Counted from the stretch's first letter, positions 1 to 8,627 are shown. The stretch: 62,387 nt of DNA from Thermomicrobiales bacterium (GCA_035513175.1 DATKCN010000294.1:1-62387), one strand, 5' to 3'. Notes: generated by a model not told the origin, from the sequence alone. Numbers and translations: made by a program.

Positions 1-684
1 GCGGCGCGGCCGACCGACCTGGCCGAAGACGAGGTAATGGTCTGGCCGACGCTCGTCGTCGTCGAGGCGTTGAGCGCAGTCATCTTCACGTTTTTGCTCG
101 TCGTCGCCTCGATCATCGTCGCGCCGCCGCTGGTCGACATCGCGAACCCCACAGTTACACCGAACCCATCGAAGGCGCCATGGTACTTTCTCAACCTGCA
201 GGAGCTGCTGCTTCACATGCACCCGGCTCTGGCGGGGGTGATCGTTCCGACGTTGGCGCTCGTGCTGATCGCGGCCATCCCGTTTGTCGATCGATCGCCG
301 CTGGGGGTCGGCATTCTGTTCACGTCTGACAAGGGCAAGCAGATCACGGCGTTTTCCGCCGTTTTCACCTCAATCGTGCTGATGCTGCTGATCTTCTTTG
401 ACGAGTACATCGGCGTCACGCGCCAGCTTTCCGGCACCAGCGTTCCAACGGTTGTCTACCAACAGGTGATTCCAGTCGCGGTCATGGTCGGCTTCTCGGT
501 GCTGCTTGGCGTCGTCGTGTCGAAACTGTTCCGCCCCACCCGCCGCGAGCTGATCATCGCGCTGTTCACCGGGTTCGTCGTTTCGTATTTCCTGCTCACC
601 ATTATCGGAACGTTCTTCCGTGGTTATGGCATGGAGCTTCAACTCTACTGGCCGTGGACAAATCTTCACGCCGCGGGCCACTGA
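1..684 (+). CDS. cytochrome b C-terminal / subunit IV-like protein of a Rieske-cytochrome b complex. The frame is open to the window edge, so it is possibly 5'-truncated.
   Basis: ORF 37..684 has no stop back to nt 1. The motif PSKAPWYFLNLQELL matches the conserved PxWYFL quinol-site motif of cytochrome b/b6f subunit IV. It has several hydrophobic helices and is followed directly by Rieske and cytochrome c genes. Confidence 0.7.
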   Translation, partial: AARPTDLAEDEVMVWPTLVVVEALSAVIFTFLLVVASIIVAPPLVDIANPTVTPNPSKAPWYFLNLQELLLHMHPALAGVIVPTLALVLIAAIPFVDRSPLGVGILFTSDKGKQITAFSAVFTSIVLMLLIFFDEYIGVTRQLSGTSVPTVVYQQVIPVAVMVGFSVLLGVVVSKLFRPTRRELIIALFTGFVVSYFLLTIIGTFFRGYGMELQLYWPWTNLHAAGH

Positions 685-742
685 ACCGTGGATGCGCGCC
701 ACATAACGACCGTGACTCAACGTCTGGGGATGAGGTAGATTC

Positions 743-1321
743 ATGTGGGCCTTGGTTCGAACGCTTGCGGGCATGCTGCTTGTGCCACTCATCATGCGTC
801 TCGCCGCGCTCGCGAGCTGGTTGCAACAGCATTCCGGTGGCACGCGCCGCGTCACGCGCCGCTCGTTTCTACGAAACGCGGTGCTGGGAAGCGTCGGCGT
901 TGTCAGCCTGCAGATCACCGGAGGTTTCGTCTACTTCTTCTGGCCGAATAAGACGGGCGCGTTCGGCGGCGAGATCGCGGTGCCCGCCAGTGCCGTTCCG
1001 GAGGTTGGCGCTCCGCCATACCGCAATCAATCTGGCCGCTTCTATGTGATCCACAACGATGACGGCGTCCTTGCGCTTTACTGGAAGTGCCCGCATCTCG
1101 GCTGTACGGTGCCGTGGGACGACGCGGCAGACGAATTTCACTGCCCGTGTCACGGATCCGTCTACGATCGAACGGGCGTCCTGATCGCTGGTCCCGCGCC
1201 GCGTCCGATGGACCTCATGCCGATTACCGTTCTGCCGGACCAGACGCTGCTTGTAGACACGAATCCGAACTCGCTGATCCAGCGCTCGGGCTATAGCCCG
1301 GAGCAGTCGACGCGGCTATAG
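743..1321 (+). CDS. Rieske 2Fe-2S subunit of the cytochrome bc-type complex, with a twin-arginine signal
   Basis: The two Rieske boxes CPHLGC and CPCHGS are present. The N-terminus reads RRVTRRSFLRNAVLGS (Tat-like). GAGG lies 8 nt upstream of the ATG. Confidence 0.9.
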   Translation: MWALVRTLAGMLLVPLIMRLAALASWLQQHSGGTRRVTRRSFLRNAVLGSVGVVSLQITGGFVYFFWPNKTGAFGGEIAVPASAVPEVGAPPYRNQSGRFYVIHNDDGVLALYWKCPHLGCTVPWDDAADEFHCPCHGSVYDRTGVLIAGPAPRPMDLMPITVLPDQTLLVDTNPNSLIQRSGYSPEQSTRL

Positions 1322-1406
1322 TGAGCGACGACGCAATTCGAGACGAATGCGTGGTGGTCGTCCGGCGCAACTGTGCCGCGGATGTCACGTAGGAAGAGAC
1401 AGGCGC

Positions 1407-2195
1407 GTGGGATCGGAACAACGTGAAGCGACGGTCGTCGCGCTGGGACTGGTGCTCGTCGCGACCGTGATGATGGTCTATCTCTTCAACGAGCCGAACC
1501 GGCGCGAGACGTTCGAACAGCAGAAGATCGATGAGTCCGCGCGGCGTGGCATTGATCACTATATTTCGTTCTGTCTCGAATGCCACGGCGAGGACGGCTT
1601 GGCGACCGGGCGCCGGGGCGTCCCGCTGAACACACCGCAGAATCAGACGGACGACCCGATTGCCTGGGAGCAACGAGAGCGTGAGATTCGACTCACTATC
1701 GAGCGCGGTGGTCCGACGATCATGCCTGCCTGGGCGCAGTCAGAGGGCGGCGCGCTCAACGACGAGCAGATCACGGACCTCGTCAACCTGATCCACCTCG
1801 GCCTGTGGGATGAGGTCGTCACGACCGTCATCGATCGGGTAGGCGCGATCCCAACTCGTCCGCCACTGCCGACCCCGTCAGGCGAGACTCCAACGGACCC
1901 GCTGGCCGCTGAAGGGCTGGCGCTCTCCGCGGAGCTGGGATGCGCGTCCTGTCACTCGGTCGACGGGATCGCGGGCATTGGCCCGACCTGGCAGGGACTG
2001 TACATGAGCGACGTTGCTCTCGAATCCGGCGAGACGGTCGTGGCGGATGACGACTACATTCGGGAGTCCATACTCGATCCCGGCGCGAAGATCCATGACG
2101 GCTTCACGAACGCAATGCCCCCGTTCGAAGGACGAGTCACCGACGAGCAGATAGACGCGCTGATCGCCTACATTGCGACGTTGACGGACGAATAG
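1407..2195 (+). CDS. membrane-anchored di-heme cytochrome c
   Basis: There are two CxxCH motifs (CLECH, CASCH) and one N-terminal TM helix (VVALGLVLVATVMMVYLF). The ORF track starts at 1347. GTG at 1407 is preceded by GGAAGAG, so the start is uncertain. Confidence 0.85.
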   Translation: MGSEQREATVVALGLVLVATVMMVYLFNEPNRRETFEQQKIDESARRGIDHYISFCLECHGEDGLATGRRGVPLNTPQNQTDDPIAWEQREREIRLTIERGGPTIMPAWAQSEGGALNDEQITDLVNLIHLGLWDEVVTTVIDRVGAIPTRPPLPTPSGETPTDPLAAEGLALSAELGCASCHSVDGIAGIGPTWQGLYMSDVALESGETVVADDDYIRESILDPGAKIHDGFTNAMPPFEGRVTDEQIDALIAYIATLTDE

Positions 2196-2227
2196 CCCGA
2201 TCGCTCACGGAAACGGAGAAGGTCACA

Positions 2228-2347
2228 GTGTTCTATCGAGCGACCGAGGGTGTCGAGCTGTTGATGGTGTTCCCACTGATGATCATTGGCATCCTCTTGA
2301 CGCACCTCGTGCAGCGCTGGGCGGACCGCACCTCTGGAGAGGAATAG
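2228..2347 (+). CDS. candidate 39-aa single-TM small protein, the last gene of the bc operon
   Basis: GTG at 2228 has GGAGAAGG 7 nt upstream. Translation is VFYRATEGVELLMVFPLMIIGILLTHLVQRWADRTSGEE, with one hydrophobic helix. It lies 33 nt after the cytochrome c stop. It is below the ORF-track size cutoff. Confidence 0.35.
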   Translation: MFYRATEGVELLMVFPLMIIGILLTHLVQRWADRTSGEE

Positions 2348-2467
2348 CATCCCTCACGAGCGGCGCCAACCCTGTCAGGATGTGACTCGGACCCATGTGT
2401 TTGTGCGGCACGGACGGCGGTTGCTTCAGTCCATCGTGGACGGACGCTGCTGAACTGGAGCATGAAG

Positions 2468-2857
2468 TCACCCGTGGGCTGTCGCCGCTGCGCGCAACAC
2501 GATGCCGAACGCCGCGGCCGCCGCGATGCCGAGGATGAGTGGCTCACGTCGCCCGTCCGCGCGCGTACCGAGGATGTACCCCGCCCCGGTGAACACCATG
2601 AGGCTGACGCCATACAAGTAGTGGAAGCTCGTCGCGGGTCGGGCGGGGTCCAGCAGCAGCACGAGGCCGACGATCGCCTGAACGACTGATGCGCCGACCG
2701 TCAGCGCGTAGGTCGACCGGAAGGCTCCATCAACACTCTGCCCCCGCGCCATGAAGTACAGCGCCCAGACCGTCAATCCGCCGGTGAGGATCAGCAATGT
2801 CGTGTAGAGAGCCGAGTGCGCCGCAAGCACCGTCAGTTTGTCCCTTCGCTCATACAT
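2468..2857 (-). CDS. hypothetical integral membrane protein (about 4 TM helices)
   Basis: This is the ORF 2468..2956 trimmed to the ATG at 2857 (MYERRDKLTV...). It has four hydrophobic segments and no recognisable family motif. Confidence 0.5.
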   Translation of the reverse strand: MYERRDKLTVLAAHSALYTTLLILTGGLTVWALYFMARGQSVDGAFRSTYALTVGASVVQAIVGLVLLLDPARPATSFHYLYGVSLMVFTGAGYILGTRADGRREPLILGIAAAAAFGIVLRAAATAHG

Positions 2858-3001
2858 TTGTCGGCTCGGGCAGAGGCAGCGCCTGTTCAGACACGAGACA
2901 CAGGCACATGGCATGATCGATCGAAGACGTAGCCTCCCGCCGATTGACGGTATCAACTTTGGCTACGACGGGCAAGCGGTAGCCGTCGTGACGGAGACGT
3001 A

Positions 3002-3457
3002 ATGGCCGGGAAGACGTATGCGTGGTGCGACCGCTGCCGCCGCTCGTTCGAGCACGCCGACACGGTCGCAGACGCGTGTCCGATATGTGGATCGCCAATC
3101 CGCGAGCTGGGATGGGTTTCCGCTTTCGTGCGCGGGTTCCTGGCGCAAGAGTTCGTGACGTCCGGGCTACCGAGCCGTCACAAGGCAATGATCAAGCTGA
3201 TCTGGACTGCAAACGGCATGGGGGAGCGCTACTTCCGCGCGCTCGGGCCGCCGGTTACTTACCCCCGTTTCGAGTCGATCGTGACGGATTATCTCTGTCA
3301 GGCGGCGTCTGACGGTTGGGTGCGCTTTGTGCTGCCCCCGAGCCCTATCGGGGCAGACGATCAGTCGTATCGCATGGAAATTGATGACGAAGAACGCTTC
3401 ATCCTCGAGATGGCCGCGCTGTTTGGCGCGCAGGACGAGCCCGATAGCGTGTCATGA
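3002..3457 (+). CDS. hypothetical protein with an N-terminal zinc-ribbon
   Basis: CDRC...CPIC (CxxC-N17-CxxC) lies within the first 30 residues. The remainder has no recognisable motif. Confidence 0.5.
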   Translation: MAGKTYAWCDRCRRSFEHADTVADACPICGSPIRELGWVSAFVRGFLAQEFVTSGLPSRHKAMIKLIWTANGMGERYFRALGPPVTYPRFESIVTDYLCQAASDGWVRFVLPPSPIGADDQSYRMEIDDEERFILEMAALFGAQDEPDSVS

Positions 3458-4600
3458 CGAAGCGTCCGGTCCCTCGCGCGCACGGTCCTCTTCCTCCTGT
3501 AGCCGGTTGTACACGTAGATGAAGACGTTGCGCGCGATCGCGGCCAGGGGAACGATGACGACGATGCCGATGAACCCAAACGAGGCTCCGCCGACGACGA
3601 GCAGCAGGATAATCAGCGCCGGGTTCATGTCGACGACGGCGCCTTGCACCTTCGGCACGAGAAACGTGTTCTCCAACTGCTGAATCATGAAGAACAGCAC
3701 CGCGACCGCCCAGATTTTCCCGGGGTCCGTGGCCAGCACGACGATTGCCGCGGCGAAGAATGCGATCCAGGGACCGAGAATTGGCACCATCTCGAGCAAG
3801 CCCGCCACGACTGCCAGCGCTACGGCCTGCTGGACATCGAGGACGTACAGCCCGATGAACGTCACGCTGCCGACGACAAGTCCCAGGAACAGTTGCCCGC
3901 GAATGTACGCGCTCAGTACCTTGTCGGCGATCCCGATAACATTGCGCACGTCGTTACGCAATGCGGGCGGCCACAGCGCGTAAAAGTGGGCCGCCGCCTT
4001 GCGCTGATCTTTCAACACGTAAAAGAGCCACAGTGGAAGCAGCGCGAGCCCGAGAATCAGGCCGATGACGCGTCTCACCATTCCGAACGTCGCGGTCAGC
4101 GCCGACCGAACCGCGCTGACGATTACTGACTGGATCCCGTCGAGATTCCGCTCGATTTCACGGCGCACTTCCGCGGGGACGTTCTCTTCGTACTGTCTCC
4201 ACCAGTAGGCGCCTTCTCCCTCCAACGTCCGCACGTAGTTGGGCAGGTTCTCAACAAGCTCGTACGTTTCATTCACGATCGGCGGGCCTACCGTCATCAC
4301 GAGGACGACGATGCCGCCAATCGTGAGCGCGTACACGATGACGACGGCGATCGTCCGGCGCACTGTTCCGATCCAGCCCCGGCCTGGGAAAATCGACTGG
4401 ACGAGGTTTACGAGCGGCGCCAGCAGGTACGCGAACACCAGCCCGATGAAAAACGGGAGCAGCGCCCCACGAGCGGACCAGAGAACCCACAGCACCACAC
4501 CGCTCGCCACCAGGACAAGCAGGACGCGGTACTGCCTGAGTCGATCCGCTCTGGTCGGGTCCTCCACCAAGAGCCTCCCCGCGAGACGCGCCGCGACCAT
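3452..4600 (-). CDS. AI-2E family (PerM/YdiK-like) transporter
   Basis: The 382-aa polytopic membrane protein has the typical AI-2E layout: an N-terminal TM pair (LLPFFIGLVFAYLLAPLV), a soluble insert and a C-terminal TM bundle. Confidence 0.8.
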   Translation of the reverse strand: MVAARLAGRLLVEDPTRADRLRQYRVLLVLVASGVVLWVLWSARGALLPFFIGLVFAYLLAPLVNLVQSIFPGRGWIGTVRRTIAVVIVYALTIGGIVVLVMTVGPPIVNETYELVENLPNYVRTLEGEGAYWWRQYEENVPAEVRREIERNLDGIQSVIVSAVRSALTATFGMVRRVIGLILGLALLPLWLFYVLKDQRKAAAHFYALWPPALRNDVRNVIGIADKVLSAYIRGQLFLGLVVGSVTFIGLYVLDVQQAVALAVVAGLLEMVPILGPWIAFFAAAIVVLATDPGKIWAVAVLFFMIQQLENTFLVPKVQGAVVDMNPALIILLLVVGGASFGFIGIVVIVPLAAIARNVFIYVYNRLQEEEDRAREGPDASS

Positions 4601-4668
4601 CGAGCGTCGACCTGCCCGCGGGGGCCTGGCGACGCGTCGGCAACGGCCCCGCTCAGCCCGCGTGCTTG

Positions 4669-6462
4669 TCAGTCGGTGAGCGACAGCGCTCGCGACGTGA
4701 CCTGTTCCTGAATCATCGTGACAACGTCGGACAGCGGCATCGGACCTGGGTTCTCCCCCGTTCGAAGTCGAACAGACACCGAGCCAGCCTCTGCCTCGCG
4801 GTCGCCGACGACAAGCATGTATGGCACGTGCTGGAGTTGCGCTTTGCGAATCTTGTTCTGCATGCGTTCCCCGCTGGCATCGACCTCGACGCGGAATCCG
4901 TGCGATCTGAGCTGTTCCGCAACCGAGCGACCGTACTCCGCGTGCCGATCTGCAATCGGGATGACCGCTGCCTGGACCGGCGCGAGCCAGACCGGGAAGG
5001 CTCCTGCAAAATGCTCGATCAACACGCCCAGGAAGCGCTCCGTGCTGCCCGTCACCGCGCGGTGGATCACGACCGGCGTATGCGGCTGTCCGTCCTCACC
5101 GATGTACTCGCATTCCAGCCGCTCGGGTTGAATGAAGTCCACCTGGATCGTCGAAAGCTGCCACTCGCGCCCCAGCACATCGCGCGCCAGAAAGTCCGCC
5201 TTCGGACCGTAAAACGCCGCCTCGCCCTCGGCGGGATCATACGCGACGCCCTTGGCGTTCATCGCGTCACGAAGCGCCTGCTCGGCGCGCGTCCACTTCG
5301 CGTCGTCCGCCACGTACTTGCCGTCCGTGCCACGCAACGACAGCCGGATACGATAGTCGGAGAAGCCGTATGTGTCGAGTATCTCGCGGATCAGGTCGAG
5401 CGCCCGGCCAAACTCATCGCCGATCTGATCCGGCGTGCAGAAGACGTGGCAGTCGTCCTGCGTCAACGCTCTTACGCGCGTCAGGCCGCTCAACTCTCCG
5501 CTCTTCTCGTAGCGGTACAGCGTCGCGAACTCCGCGTAGCGCAGGGGCAACTCGCGGTACGAGTGGAGCTGCTGGTTGAACAACGCCATGTGCGATGGAC
5601 AGTTCATCGGCTTGAGACGGTAGCGCTGTTCTTCATCGACCATCGGCGGAAACATCACGTCGCCGTAATGCTCGAGGTGCCCGGACTTGCGAAACAGCTC
5701 CTCCTTCACGAGATGCCCTGTCCAGACATGCTCGTAACCGTGTCGAGTCTGGACGTCACGGACGTACGACTCCATGAGATGCCGCAGCATTTCGCCCTTG
5801 GGAAAGAAGAGCGGGATGCCGAGGCCGACCTCCTCGGAGATCGCGAACAGCCCGAGTTCGCGCCCCAGCCTGCGATGATCCCGCTTTTTCGCTTCCTCGA
5901 TCTGATGGAGATGAGCGTCGAGTTCCTCGCGCGTGTTGAAGGCAGTGCCGTAGACCCGTTGCAGCATCGGGCGCTTCTCGTCGCCGCGCCAGTACGCGCC
6001 GGCAACGCTCATCAGCTTGAAAGCCCCGATCCCTCCCGTGTCCTCCACATGAGGTCCGCGGCACAGGTCAACGAACGAGCCGTTGCGGTAGGTCGAAATG
6101 ATCTCACCCTCGGGCAGATCCTGGATCAGCTCAAGCTTGTACGGCTGGTCAGCGAACAGGTCGAGGGATTCCGGCCTGGACACCTCACGACGCTCGAACT
6201 GCTCCCGCGCGTCGATGTGCGCCTGCATGCGCCCCTCGATCTCGGCGAGATCGTCTGGAGTCAGAGCACGAGGCAGGCCGAAATCGTAGTAAAAGCCCGC
6301 GTCAATTGCCGGCCCGATCGCGAGCTTGGCATCCGGAAACATTTCGAGAACCGCTTCAGCCAGCACGTGCGCCGCCGAATGCCGCATGCGCGCGAGGTCT
6401 GCTTCCTCCACGTTCTCAGCTGAAGCCAGAATATCATCGAGTCCCTCAGGTCCTGACGCCAT
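4669..6462 (-). CDS. thrS: threonyl-tRNA synthetase (no N-terminal TGS domain)
   Basis: Editing-domain motifs HSAAH and CRGPH, class II catalytic core and anticodon-binding domain are present. ATG at 6462 is preceded by GAGGAGGAG. A T-box leader with a Thr codon lies upstream. Confidence 0.95.
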   Translation of the reverse strand: MASGPEGLDDILASAENVEEADLARMRHSAAHVLAEAVLEMFPDAKLAIGPAIDAGFYYDFGLPRALTPDDLAEIEGRMQAHIDAREQFERREVSRPESLDLFADQPYKLELIQDLPEGEIISTYRNGSFVDLCRGPHVEDTGGIGAFKLMSVAGAYWRGDEKRPMLQRVYGTAFNTREELDAHLHQIEEAKKRDHRRLGRELGLFAISEEVGLGIPLFFPKGEMLRHLMESYVRDVQTRHGYEHVWTGHLVKEELFRKSGHLEHYGDVMFPPMVDEEQRYRLKPMNCPSHMALFNQQLHSYRELPLRYAEFATLYRYEKSGELSGLTRVRALTQDDCHVFCTPDQIGDEFGRALDLIREILDTYGFSDYRIRLSLRGTDGKYVADDAKWTRAEQALRDAMNAKGVAYDPAEGEAAFYGPKADFLARDVLGREWQLSTIQVDFIQPERLECEYIGEDGQPHTPVVIHRAVTGSTERFLGVLIEHFAGAFPVWLAPVQAAVIPIADRHAEYGRSVAEQLRSHGFRVEVDASGERMQNKIRKAQLQHVPYMLVVGDREAEAGSVSVRLRTGENPGPMPLSDVVTMIQEQVTSRALSLTD

Positions 6463-6569
6463 ATGACTCCTCCTCATCAGTGCTGATGCGATTGCCGCGT
6501 CGCCCTAATCCTCGGTCTCGAGTGCAGTGTCGGGCTCGGTCGCCACGTCGCCCTCCTCTCGCCCCGTTA

Positions 6570-6805
6570 ACGACAACGAGCCTGCCGCCACAAGGGACGG
6601 CAGGCCCGTGAACAGCCTGGCGTGGTTCCACCCTTCTTCCGGCGCCTGATGCGCCGCTCGAAGCGCCCGATAACGGTGGGCTGCCGGAAGCGGCTACCAG
6701 CGACGTGTCGCGTTCGCCGTTCAGCTCGCGGGTGGTCTTCTCGAAGCTTCGGTGAGTGGGACTCTCAGCCGATGATCCCACGTCTCTGCCACCGCAAGGC
6801 CCCAG
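6570..6805 (-). promoter_or_regulatory. T-box riboswitch leader of thrS (specifier ACC, Thr) with a terminator hairpin
   Basis: Elements on the - strand, in order:
- AG-bulge GCUGAGAGUCC.
- Specifier region GAGAAG-ACC-A (ACC at 6736..6734, followed by A).
- F-box CCGUUA (6676..6671).
- T-box sequence GAAGGGUGGAACCACGCC (6640..6619).
- 8-bp hairpin GCCUGCCG/CGGCAGGC (6605..6580), followed by UCGUUGUCGUU. Confidence 0.75.
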
Positions 6806-6833
6806 TACTCGTCCCGGTCAACGCCGTGAATGA

Positions 6834-6910
<77 letters not shown>

Positions 6911-6966
6911 TTGCATCGCATAATACCACGGCTGTCAGAACGCGATCAACGCTCCCCGCGAGACGC

Positions 6967-7572
6967 TTATCCGGCGCCTCCGGCTTCGAATCGCAACCGG
7001 TCGATCAGCCTGTCAGACAGTTGAATTGCGACGTACACGGGCAGATACGCGCCTTCCGCGACGACACGCGTCGACGGGGCGCCGCTGCTCACACTCATCC
7101 TTCGAAGCCTGACAGCCTCGTCGAACTGTTCGACCGCGCTCTGGATCCAGTCCCGCTCGTCATTGAGCAGCAGGTCGGCGTGCCTGTCCCCGATATCGAG
7201 CAGCGTCGACGCTATCATCGAGGAAACGGACGTAAACGCGTCCCACGCGTCGAAGTCATACTCCGCGAACAGCGGCTCCACGACCGACTTCCATCGGTTC
7301 CGCTGGAGGAGGATTGTCGCGTGCCGCATATCGCGCGCGGCGGACGCGACCAGCACACTGCCGATTTCGTACTTCGGCGGCAGCGCCATGGCGTCGCGCT
7401 TCAGCCAGGCCGCGTGCCAGTCCGGCTTCATGCGAGAGGCGCTCTCATACAGGAGCGCGAGCGTCCGAAACAGCTCAATGAACACGTCCTCGCGAGTCGG
7501 TCCGCGCCGGCTCCTGCGCAGCAAAAGTGTCGCGGACGCAAGCGCGATAGCCATGAGATGCAGCATCAGCAC
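6967..7572 (-). CDS. hypothetical protein (N-terminal TM helix plus soluble domain)
   Basis: 201-aa ORF with no recognisable motif. Its codon usage is consistent with its neighbours. Confidence 0.45.
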   Translation of the reverse strand: MLMLHLMAIALASATLLLRRSRRGPTREDVFIELFRTLALLYESASRMKPDWHAAWLKRDAMALPPKYEIGSVLVASAARDMRHATILLQRNRWKSVVEPLFAEYDFDAWDAFTSVSSMIASTLLDIGDRHADLLLNDERDWIQSAVEQFDEAVRLRRMSVSSGAPSTRVVAEGAYLPVYVAIQLSDRLIDRLRFEAGGAG

Positions 7573-7631
7573 GAGTTGGACTTCCTTACGTCGGCGCCAC
7601 AGCGCACTGGCGACGCGGCCAGACTAAGCCG

Positions 7632-8156
7632 TCATCCGCCGCCGAGCGACTCGACGCCCAGCATGAGCAGGGCGGCTTTTGGCCGGTCATCGATCGTCCT
7701 CCCAACATAACAGTAGCGAACGTTCCCAGCGGCGTCGACGATGAACGTGGATGGACGCGCGACAGTTCGCTGGGTCCCGGCGTCGAGTTCACGCAGGCCC
7801 AGGGCGTCCATCGCGACGGCGTCACGGTCGATCAGCACCTCGATCGTGTCGCCGACGAGGTCACGCATGGCCCGCGCCCCCTGTAGATCATCGGCGCTGA
7901 TGGCGACTACCGTGACCCCCAGAGTCCGGAACGCGTCGATGCCATCAGCGAGCCCTACGAGCTGCGCACAGCAGTGGTCTCACCAATGCCCGCGGTAGAG
8001 CACGATGACCGTCGACACCGCGTTCAGCGTTACGTCGCGATCGTCGACATTCCGTAGCAACAGCGTTGGGAACACGTCCCCGACGCCGATCGAGGGCGAC
8101 AGCGTCGACAGCGTCAATGTCCGAGAACCCGCACGGAGTGGAGCCGCGAGTGCCAT
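7632..8156 (-). CDS. peroxiredoxin-like AhpC/TSA (redoxin) protein with an in-frame TGA at the catalytic Cys position. It is a candidate selenoprotein (UxxC); the alternative is a nonsense pseudogene.
   Basis: The - strand frame reads ...SIGVGDVFPTLLLRNVDDRDVTLNAVSTVIVLYRGHW-TGA(7982..7980)-DHCCAQLVGLADGIDAFRTLGVTVVAISADD..ARPSTFIVDAAGNVRYCYVG.., continuous with track ORF 7632..7868. The TGA aligns with the first Cys of the family motif YRGxWCPxC. Possible starts are ATG 8156 or TTG 8117 (a TTGA overlap with the RNase H stop). Confidence 0.55.
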
Positions 8157-8563
8157 GAGACCGTCGTTGACCGGAAGCGCGTCAGCAGCTCGGCTGCTTC
8201 AGCATGCAGCGGACGCAGTCCCGGGTGACGCACCTTCCAGCGTCCGTTCAGCTGTTCCACGACGAGCATGGAGTCCGACAGGACTGCCAACGACACATCG
8301 TGCGGGTCGCGCGCGTTACGTTCCAGCTCCTGCAGGATGCGCCGCAGGCCGTGGATCAGCGTCATGTATTCGGCCTCGTTGCTTGTCGTGCGTCCGTCGA
8401 AGTCGATTCGAACCCGATCAGGTGACCCGACGAGGCCGGTCGTCACATACGTCCCATAGCCCTTGCCGGGGTTCCCTATTGATCCTCCGTCGAAGATCAA
8501 CGAGACATCCGCACTCGCGGCGGATTGCGCGCTCGCGCGCTGTCGCTTCGGCGACGCTGCCAT
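8114..8563 (-). CDS. ribonuclease HI family protein
   Basis: Motifs are FDGGSIGNPGKGYG (first catalytic Asp), TSNEAEYMTLIHGL (catalytic Glu) and VLSDSMLVVEQLNG (catalytic Asp). 149 aa. Confidence 0.8.
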   Translation of the reverse strand: MAASPKRQRASAQSAASADVSLIFDGGSIGNPGKGYGTYVTTGLVGSPDRVRIDFDGRTTSNEAEYMTLIHGLRRILQELERNARDPHDVSLAVLSDSMLVVEQLNGRWKVRHPGLRPLHAEAAELLTRFRSTTVSWHSRLHSVRVLGH

Positions 8564-8627
8564 TTCGCGTCCTCTATTGGATCGGTCGCAAGCCGCCTCA
8601 CACGCGTCGCGCGACCCACAAACAGCT

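Noticed and set aside
4666-6423. Very long antisense ORFs opposite real genes. Examples: 585 aa opposite thrS; 9198-10178 opposite EF-G; 20322-21032 opposite ald; 59580-60410 and 61090-61944 opposite hsp20/lon.
   Set aside because: These are typical shadow ORFs of high-GC DNA. Their translations are Arg/Ala/Pro/Ser-rich, have no family motifs, and run exactly antisense to strongly supported genes.
6911-7572. A possible integrated element next to tRNA-Val.
   Set aside because: The hypothetical gene lies on the 5' side of the tRNA. No integrase, no direct repeat of the tRNA 3' end and no compositional shift are visible.
7632-7868. The 78-aa ORF considered as an independent small gene.
   Set aside because: It is only the C-terminal half of a redoxin fold and lacks the active site. 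The frame continues upstream through a single TGA into the homologous N-terminal half, so it is part of the larger (Sec or pseudogene) CDS.
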